From NCBI GenBank assembly GCA_964016885.1, contig OZ024750.1, forward strand, positions 1,860,001 to 1,924,000: a DNA stretch of 64,000 nucleotides. Reading direction: 5' to 3'. Positions 54,179-64,000 of the stretch are shown in pieces. The notes under the pieces are model-generated. The model was not told the DNA's origin and ran no database searches. It was given only the letters and a program-made list of their open reading frames with translations. Source of the DNA: Eledone cirrhosa (lineage: Eukaryota). The stretch's first letter is position 1. Each line of letters starts with the position of its first letter. The translations under genes and the position numbers were made by a program.

Positions 54179-54352
54179 AATATGGTTTTATAAATATAGT
54201 TTCCATTTATTAATATCGTATAAATATATATATATATATTAAAATAACAGATTAAAGTTTAATAAATATTTGCTCTAGGATTCTTATATATTTGATATAT
54301 ATTTATCCTTATCGAGCTCTCTCTGGATTTTAGTCTACACATTTATTATTAT

Positions 54353-54400
<48 letters not shown>

Positions 54401-55291
54401 AAAAGGATTTGTTAAGTCTCCATTACGTTTATTGAGTAGTGACGTACGTTTAGCTATTGATCAGCTCAAGGTTCGATCTGTATCGATCTAGCCTGACTCT
54501 GGAATCAAAGGTTCGTCGGACTTATGTTATATATATATATATATTTGTGTGTGCGTGTGTGTTGTTATTTTTTATTATTATTTAGGTTCATACACGGAAC
54601 AAAAACGCTACCTAGGGTTTCAAAGCCCAATATTGACCATATCTCCAGAAATGTAAGAGGGATCAATATATATATATATATATATATATAAATATATAAA
54701 GTTATATCTGTATAAATACAGAGCGTGTAATCGAGACTGCACTAACGCGTATAAATATATACACATATCTAATATGTAGGTATGTAAACAATTTCCCCGT
54801 AAACTGAAAAAATGATAAACCTTTGTAATCGATTTTTGGATTTAATTGGATCCTCAACAGAAGACGTGTACATCATCCAATCAACAGTAAGGGCGCGCAC
54901 GCACACACATACATATATACCTACATATATACATATATATACATATATACATACATATAATCTATGTAGGTCACCTTTTACGTTAGCGATAGGTGTAAAT
55001 ATGAGATTTAGATATGAAATTTAATGTGTATTGGTTTGTTAAGTAATTGACCAATTAAGTTATAGAGATAACATATCACAGTTAAAAATATAATAACGTG
55101 GAAAAAATACAAGGTATCTAAATCACCATGGTCTATTTACACTGCATTTGGTCACATGGTCTATTTACACTGCATTTGGTCACATGGTCGCCTAGAAGCG
55201 ATAGATGATTGGTTGCTTTAAAAGACCCATTTCTCCTTTCTGTTTCAAATCCGAGCCTTTTTTTATTTTCTTAGATAATTAATAGGTATTG

Positions 55292-55366
<75 letters not shown>

Positions 55367-55544
55367 TCACTACTATAATGATCCCCTGTTTCATAGCGCT
55401 TCGTGGTCCCAGCAGACAGAATAGAGAAAGTATTTCTCCGGAGGATTGCAATGGAGACTCATTTAAATAACTTCCAAATATTTGAAATAGTTTTCCTTTA
55501 CGACATCAAAGTCTTCTTCTTAACGTTTCATTCAACTTGGAAGG

Positions 55545-55630
55545 ACGGAAGGATGGAAGGAAAAGTTGACCTCAGCAGGATTTGAACTCACAACATAAAC
55601 GGCCATAACTAAATACTGCAAATATTTTCT
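55545..55630 (-). mobile_element. SINE family 1 fragment
   Basis: ggatggaaggaaaagttgacctcagcaggatttgaactc. Confidence 0.65.
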
Positions 55631-56489
55631 GAAAGTAAACTGGGTCTTAAAACCAACCCTGATATTTACCACTAATCAGGACGATCCCATTGTTCATTGG
55701 TTTATTTTTTAGCATTGTTTTTTTTTGGGGGGGGGGGGGGGGTTACCCAACCCAGGGGCTTACTGGGTATATCGCCCAACCCAAATGCCCGTATGTCCAG
55801 TCCACCTCTACCACGTCGGTAATCACTACTATAAACCATTCGGTCATTAGGGCGGCCTCTTACCAAAACAACTCGCTAAGAATTCAAAGTTGTATTTAGT
55901 GCTGTCTAATTTTAGTTCACGAATACCGGACTACAGCACAAAGAAAGACATTGTCATGTCCAATGTAATATTAACACTGTTTTCGCTGAGATTCCCTGAA
56001 TGGGAATCAAACCAAGAAGGAATTATATTCTTGTACATGCACCTCCTGCACGCACACACACACACACACACACACACATGTATGTAATTACCCACTCTGT
56101 GTATATATACAGATAAAACTTTATATATATATATTTAATATAGAAATGGCTTCTACAGGACTATATATATATATAGGGAGAGAGAGAGAGGGGGGGAGAA
56201 AATGAGAAAGAGGGAGCAAGAGGGAGGAAGAGAGGGAGGAAGAGAGAGAGAGGGGGAGAGAAATTTTACGAAATACAACTTTTCAAATAACATGAAGTAC
56301 TTTAACTTCTAGAGTATATTTTACATGAGTGGGGGGGGGGTTATTACATTTCCAATCATATTCTAAAAGGTCACAGAATGAAACCTTATTACATATAGAC
56401 CTATCGATTATTGGAGTCAAATACAAAATAACAGTCAGTTATAATAAATGCTTAAACAGTTGTAAATCGATCTCAATGTATGAATGTAT

Positions 56490-56814
56490 ATCAGCCACTT
56501 TTCATTTAAGGACCATCTCGTTTAACGACTCCGAACACCTCGTTTAACGACTCCTAATACTTCCGACTCTAAATTATTTGTGTACACATTTATATTCTAT
56601 AAATCTTTTTCATTGCTTTTGTGTTACATTTTATATTACATCTTTATTATATAACAAATCCTGCTAAAATGGCAACTACCAACATATCGAAATTTCTGAT
56701 CAGGTTGTTAGAACAGAAGTTGGTCGTTAAATGAGAAATTAGTTAACGTCCAGGTATTAGGCCCTGAGAATGGTCGTTAAATGAGGAGTGGTCGTTAAAT
56801 GAGGAATGTCTGTA
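56490..56814. mobile_element. Degenerate DNA-transposon MITE with repeated subterminal motifs
   Basis: CTCGTTTAACGAC motifs on the left, GTCGTTAAATGAG motifs on the right, ending CTG|TA. Confidence 0.5.
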
Positions 56815-57154
56815 TTGTTCACTGAAGCGGTATGCTAAGCTTTTATGACAAATCAATATCAGAGGTAACAGCAACTTTCGATTCTGTTGAGTTTATTTCA
56901 CTAACATGTGCTGCAGATAGCTCAGTGGGTGGGACAGCATTGGACTATTTATTCGCAGAGTCGATAATCATTTAATGACACTATGACTATGTATGTATAG
57001 TCTCGTGACTCCTGATAGAGTGGTGGGGGCGCCGCTGTGGCATTCGGCGTTTCTTGGGCATTTTAAGCCCAGCGGAGCTCATCCCTCTCCAGGTCTGAAC
57101 CCAGCAGATATCTTCCAGAGAAAGATAGAGAGTGGAAGAAAAGAAGTGGGTGGG

Positions 57155-57497
57155 AGATATAGAGGAAGAATCGACCTCAGTACTACACTGGTACATTTTT
57201 ATCGACCCCGAAAGGCAAAGTTGACCTCGACAGAATTTAAACTGAGAGAGCAACAGCCTTAACTGCAAATCATTCTCTCAGACGTTCTAACGACTCTGCC
57301 AATTAGCCACACATACTCCTTCCTAATCTACTCTCAATATCATATATAGAGTTTCTACTTTTGGCACAAGGCTAATGATTACCCCAGTGCATCACTGGTA
57401 CTTTATTTTATCGATCCCGTAAGGATGAAACGCAAAGTCAACCTCGGCGGATTTGAACTCAGAACACAAAGGGCCATAACTCTATGCTGCAAAGCCT
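57155..57497 (-). mobile_element. Two SINE family 1 copies
   Basis: Reverse complement cores at ~57190-57240 and ~57390-57460. Confidence 0.8.
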
Positions 57498-58367
57498 ATC
57501 ATATATAGGTAGGGATCATTGCCAAATCCGGCCTCCTAGGGACGTTTTAAAAGGTGAAAATCAGCAGGAGAGGTCATTAGTGAATGTGGGGACCTAGCAT
57601 TCGTAACATTACAGGGTTTAGTTACGTGCTGTCCAGAACAAAGTGGGGTGGAGTAAAAGGTTGCTCCATTGATATGTGTATGGGCTGCGTCTTGTGTTTA
57701 AACTAAATAAACCAACAAATGTCTGTGAGCACCGAACAGGTAAAATACTTGGTTTTAGTCACATCAACTTACGCAGCTAATAAAGTTCAGAAACATGGGG
57801 CCTGGCGATTATGTAGGAAATCCTTATTAATTCCTCCCACGTTGGATGCTATGTTGGCAACACAATTTCTAAAAAACGACTTAATACTAATAAAACTGTT
57901 TACTAAAACTAAGTGCAATTTTCTTCATGCCCTCATTCTGTTAAATTACTCTCTCAGACTTACACACCCACACACCTCATTTGTTTATTCACTTAATCTA
58001 AATTACTATAATAAAGACTACATTCCAGATATCTAGTTACATATTTCAGCCCATAAGAGGTTTCATTTTTTCAATTATTTTTATTTGTCTTATTATTCTA
58101 GATATTAGAATTCCAATAAAGAGTGTTCAAACTATGCACTAAATTCTTCAGCCCTGAAATGATTTTCTTTTTAAACTAAGCCATATTTTCCAGTAAGTGA
58201 AATGAAGGTTTACATGGACCTTATTAAAGGATCATATAATTAGCCGGTTGAAACTTCACCAAAGTCAACATTTGCAACTTAATCCACCTTCATCAACTTA
58301 TTAAATGCATGAATAAATAGATATGGCATTTCCTTTTCTTTCACAATTTGTTTATTTATTATTATTA

Positions 58368-58515
58368 AGGGTGGTGAGTGGTGGGGGAGTGACAGTATCG
58401 GTAGAATCGGACACCATGCTTTGCAGCATAGAGTTACGGCCCTTTGCGGTCTGAGTTCAAATCCCGCCGAGGTTAACTTTGCCTTTCATCCTTAAGGAGT
58501 TGATAAAATAAATGA
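58368..58515 (+). mobile_element. SINE family 1, 3'-truncated
   Basis: Head and B-box present; core partial. Confidence 0.8.
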
Positions 58516-58798
58516 CCAAATGAGGTTTATTTTTCAACATTGCCCCTGGAAAGAAACAATGCAGTTATCAATACGAAAAGTTGAAATCAATGTATGCAAG
58601 ATTTCACAGCTCTAGCATCACACCTTCACAATCACCCTACCCTCGTGAATATATATGAAATATATATATATATATATATATATATACTTAGGGTAAATAT
58701 TAATGCAATTCAATTCAAGCACTCAACGTAATTTTTCCACATAGGAGTGACGGAGTAAATATCGAATAAGTAAAAGTGAAGTAGTTTCCTTTAATAAT

Positions 58799-58986
58799 AA
58801 TTGTTTCTACTTTTGGTACAAGGCCAGCAATTACCTAGTACATTACTGGTACTTTATTTTATCGACCCCGTAAGGATGAAAGGCAAAGTTAACCTTGGCG
58901 GGATTTGAACTCAGAATGATAAGGGCCGTAACTCTATGCGTCAAAGCATGGCGTCCGACCCTCTACCGATACTGCCAATCCGCCGC
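58799..58986 (-). mobile_element. SINE family 1, full length with 11-bp target-site duplication
   Basis: Flanked by CCTTTAATAAT at 58788-58798 and 58987-58997. Confidence 0.9.
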
Positions 58987-58997
58987 CCTTTAATAAT

Positions 58998-59071
58998 GCT
59001 GTGCTATATATTTCAATGGCGACACTGGCCACACTGTTCTGTGTGCGAGTGTCGTGACATCATCAGACAGC
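58998..59071 (-). ncRNA. Near-complete hammerhead motif with extended stem II
   Basis: GCTGT-CTGATGA-..CGACACT..CACAC(AGAACA)GTGTG..AGTGTCG..-GAAA-TATA-TA-GC-ACAGC. Confidence 0.55.
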
Positions 59072-60161
59072 TTGTTACATAATAAGGTTATGTTTCCGAG
59101 GCAATCCGCAAGTTGAACACCTGAAACTACTTCGCTTTTACTTATTCTATATATATATATATACGTATACATACTTATATATATACGTATACATACTTAT
59201 ATATATACGTATACATACTTATATATATACGTATACATACTTATATATATACGTATACATACTTATATATATATACACATACGTCATATTTCATGAAAGT
59301 AACAATATATTTTTGCAGACTTTACAAACTTTGATCAGATTTTGTAAATAATACGTTCGCTCTATTTCAGCCATTGGCTCAGATATTCTGTGTAGGTGCA
59401 TATATGAGTGTTTCACAGACACGTGTATTCTTGACGTAATTTCCAAACTGAGTCAGCGTGATACAATGTGACAAGTATGGAGCTACGAATGACAGGTTCA
59501 ATCCACCCTACAAGCTACCCCTTGGTCAACTGTCTTCTACTATACTATGATCTGGGGTTAACCCATGTCTTGCAAGCAAAATTTGGTAAACAGAAACTAT
59601 GTAGAAGCCTATCGTATGTATATGCCTCTCTGTGTGTCTTCATGTTAACGGGTTATGGCACCAACTTAACTGTTCGACATACAACGATCGATAAAATAAG
59701 TTCCAGACATAAAACAAATGAGTAATGAGGTGGATTTGGATGATTGAATTCCTTTTCCCTCAAGACTGTCCTAGTATCGCTTTAGTCTAATAACTAAAGT
59801 AAAATAATAAAAGACTTGAGCAAAGCTTAAATGTTACGAAATCACGAAAGAATTCAGTAATTTTGTAATGTCGTTCGACCTGCCAAAACTAGCAGCTAAA
59901 TCTACCTCAAATCAAAGCTCACTGTCTCAAAAATGAACGCTTGGGGGAAATTGACTGAAAAATGATGCATTAGTTATGGCTGCAATGTCTTTGATTGTAG
60001 GTCTGAGTGATCAGGTCCGATTTGGTGAAAACTACAACAACGTATGATCTCTCTTTCTCCCCCTCTCTCTCTCCCTCTCTCTCTCTATATATATATCTAT
60101 CTATCTATCTACCTATCTATCTTTCTCTCACTCTCTCTCTCTCTATATATATATATATTAC

Positions 60162-60192
<31 letters not shown>

Positions 60193-60307
60193 TAACAGAT
60201 TAAAGTTTAAGCAAAGAATCGCTGCTTTCACCCTTAACGGGATCTTCTGATATATATTTTTCCTTATCGAGCCCCCTTTGGATTTTAGTCTTCAAATTTA
60301 TTATTAT

Positions 60308-60342
<35 letters not shown>

Positions 60343-60400
60343 CATACACTTGTATGTATGTATGTATGTATGTATGTATGTATGTATGTATGTATGTATG

Positions 60401-60431
<31 letters not shown>

Positions 60432-60812
60432 CTATGTATGTATGTAACTATGCATGTATATAACTATGTATGTATGTGTGTAACTATGTGTGTATGTACG
60501 TATGTATGTATATAGCTATATATATATGTATGTATGTATGTATATAGCTATGTAGCTATGTATGTAGCTATGTATGTGTATGTGTTTGATAGAGAGAATG
60601 CAATAGATCATGGGAAAATGTGTCATTCTTCCGGTCAATAGAGTGGACAATGACTCCAGTTGGTTTCCTTCCTAAACTACTTATTGGTCAGAAGTGTCCA
60701 ATAGGTGACGTGTACTGTAGGAAATGATGACATATTTTCCAGAACATTACTATTGTCTATCTAATAGAAGCTAATATCTTGAACAACATTAACACAAAAA
60801 CCACATCTTTAA

Positions 60813-61051
60813 CCCTTTACTATATTTAACCGTTAATCCTTTTCCATTTACATTACTCTATATATACTATTGTAGTTTTGTGGTAAAGGCTTTATCTTAC
60901 ATCTCATATAATATTGAATCTATAAAATGTTGATATTATATATTTTGAGAATAATACCTTAAAGTTGGTATGAGGGGCCAGTTACGGCAGGTTTGAACAG
61001 AAAGAGGTGCGAGAATTCTGGCCAGATATGACCAGTTTAAATGTTAAAGGG
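60813..61051. mobile_element. piggyBac-like MITE
   Basis: TTAA|CCCTTTA...CAGTTTAAATGTTAAAGGG|TTAA. Confidence 0.7.
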
Positions 61052-64000
61052 TTAACCATTGCCATATATTCTATGAAAGACTCTGCCTAAAATTATTTTC
61101 AAAGTTTTGAATTCAACAAACATTTGTAGTGGTTTAGTAATATAACTAGTTAAGTCAGTTAAAGTCTAACTAGTTAAGTTAGTTAAAGTCTGTCTCGAGC
61201 TGGAAAGCTCATCAGGCCAGTACTTATCCCAGTTTCCGTGGCGTGAAGCGACTGAGAGTACAAGACTTCCGCCTGGACAGGACGCCAGTCCATCGCAGGG
61301 TTAATTTTCATCCTCTTCGGGTCGATTCTTTCTCTGTATTTCTTTCTCACTTAATCTATATTACTGTCTATCCTTCACTGGAAGAAATCGGCTGTGTTCA
61401 ATCCTGGAGGGTGAATGGTCTACGCTAGATTTAGAATGTCCAAGACGCGCCATATGTCACTACGACGCTTATATGACTCCATCAGGAATTACGGACACAC
61501 AGACAGACATATAGACCGACAGGCATACTATAATGAATTAATAAATCAATATGTATTAAAGCAAATATGGTCCTCAGTTTCACGTTCATGAATGTCATTG
61601 TATCAAATTCCACAGTTCTCAAATCTATTTAGAATAGCTACCATCTCTTATGGTTATTTCTATCTGATATCTACGAAGAAATACTCTTATCCAGAATGAA
61701 TAAGAGTATTTAAAATCATCCTATAAATTTAGAAATTAATTAATTTTCTTTATATTTCATTTTAAAACAAAGATTGCAATAAAATGTATACCAAAAAGGC
61801 ATTGACAAATGTTGCATTTGAAATTTGAGTTATCTCGTCTTTGAACGTATGACAGCAGAAATAGCTTTTGCAGGCACTATTTTTAGTGATATGTTTTTTC
61901 TACAAAACATGTACTGAAAGGCGTGATTTAAACAAAATAACTATAGTTTCTTCTTGCAAGATACGACTACAAACTACCTGATTAATTGTAAGAAAATATC
62001 TGTTTTGTTACCTGTTTTGTTACTTTGTTTTGTTTTGTGTTTTTTTTTTTTTTAATTACTAGATTCCATTCTCTTGCTTAAATTATTACCTTAGAAGAAA
62101 AAAAAAGATATTTAGCTACTTGATTGAATCGAATTTACTTATCTCCAAATAATTACCAAGTAAAGAGTTTCCATTAGAAAGTGGTATTAATTATTTAAGT
62201 TTCTCTTCCAATCAAAGAACGTTTTAAAAAAATCAAGTCGTCTCGAGTTTTCATTAAAACAAGTGCATAATTGGCAACTTTTAAAAGGAAAAAAATTATC
62301 GGGTCTCGAAGCTAAATTAATGCATTTAAATGTTTAATTGATGTTTAGTAGATATTCAAGTACTTATTTCAGTAAATAAAGAATGCTTTTTATGACATCT
62401 CTTTCGATGATTGAATATAAATTATTTTTTGTGAATTTCTTATATTTTATAGAGACAATGAGTTCACCCAAACTTAGAGTCGGTCAATATTTAGTTTTGT
62501 TGCTAAAGAGTTATTTAAAACAAAGAGCTACTGTTACGTCAAAACTCTAAAGAGGTTCCAATCAGCAAAGCAACATCACTTAAGTGTCTAATACATTTGG
62601 GAAAGGCATTAATATAACATCTTCCATTTTATCGATAACCACTAATAAAATATGACTTATTGAATTGTTTTTACTTCAGATGCCGCAGAAGACAACGTAT
62701 CTTTTATCCTCTCAGGTTCGATAAAATAAGAAGTTCAAATACTGTACTAATACTGGGTCGCATCTGCTGTTTTAAAGAATAGGTGTAAGTTAAACTCGGC
62801 TCAGGTTAACTTTGACAGACGTGACTAAGTTTTGAAATGCATTTAATGCATCGAATAATTACTTTGCCAACTCACTGCCTTTATTTTGAATTATAACATA
62901 GATTTCTTTTCAACTGCATTATACACTTACACAATTAAACCATTGAATTCAACTATATTAAACAACCTAAACTTTGGCAATTTCATAAATCAACGCCAAC
63001 GTTTATGAAATTCAAAAGAATACCTTGTCTAATACGTAAATGTGATGTGTGTTGCTAAGACATTCGTTTAGTAACCAAATATCAGGTAAGATCCCTCTAT
63101 ACAACACATTAGGTCTTCTACCATGAATTCCGATCAACGAAAACCTTACGAGAGAGGTTTAGTAGACGGACACAGCTTGGAAGCCCATTGTTATTTCAGC
63201 TACATATATATATATATATATATAACTATTGATCCTTAACCTTAGTGGAACAGAGTGATTTTCATTTTTAAAGACCTTTGTATAGAATAATCTCTCTAAG
63301 TAGAACTTTTAAGCAATGTTGTGGACTAATGATATATTAATTATCCTAAATAGATCACCCCCTACCATACTAGCATTCAACTGGGACTTTTTCTAAACCT
63401 ACTTTTTAGTACTATCCTAGCTTGACGTTGTTTTAATATCAGCAATCTCAAAACAACTGATGTTTTCAGCACTAACTGACCGTAAATTCATAAATCGTAC
63501 TCAGCAAGTGAAGATGTAAACATACTGATCTTAGATTATTTAAACTGTTCTAGTCTGCACGTCACCTGCAGTTTGAATGAGAACGTTGAGAAAAGCAGAT
63601 GTGTTTCTGGTGTGCCAGTCTTCAGAAAGAGAATCATTTTGATAGCATAACGAAAGCTAATAATATATAGCGTTTCAGTGTTTTTCCCCCCACAGCTAAT
63701 CTCTAGTTTGGTGTATGAAAAAGTACTCTGAATAATACACAAGAATCAGATTATTTTCGACTAACGTGTATGTTGTCTGAGCGCGTATACGAATGTAGAT
63801 TTGGTTGACTGAAAATAGCATAGTGAAATAGTTTTACGAACAGAAAGAATTCAATGAAAAAAAATACACTAACGAAAGGAACATCATTGTAAATCAATTT
63901 TCTACAAACGTTCCAGTAATGTTGGCTTCGTTGTTAAAATTATATACCTTTCAGTGTGTCATGAACTAGCTGTCATTTCACAGAAGTATTGCCACGTTCA

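Overview
Eukaryotic, AT-rich, microsatellite-dense animal DNA, most likely from an octopod cephalopod (inferred from the SINE families, repeat landscape and innexin sequences). Three host genes lie on the minus strand, each reconstructed by hand from splice signals and phase-consistent translation. (1) A secreted astacin zinc metalloprotease with an EGF-like module and an apextrin C-terminal (ApeC)-like domain: 9 coding exons from 10532 to 339, continuing off the left edge. (2,3) Two tandemly duplicated two-exon innexin (gap-junction) genes with divergent 41-nt first coding exons. Mobile DNA includes an endonuclease-less RTE LINE with an open RT plus 3x C2H2 ORF, R4/Dong-like and CRE-like retrotransposon ends, more than 25 tRNA-derived SINE copies or fragments, several MITEs and a Helentron-like element. 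The most notable unexplained signal is a dozen or more mutually unrelated short elements, mostly embedded in (TA)n tracts. They carry type I hammerhead ribozyme cores (CUGANGA...GAAA...UH) and are usually arranged as fold-back palindromes, several centred on hammerhead stem II. Several also share a downstream TGAGT(G/A/T)C motif. They are probably Penelope-like or retrozyme-like non-autonomous retroelements. All folds and alignments were done by eye and need computational confirmation.
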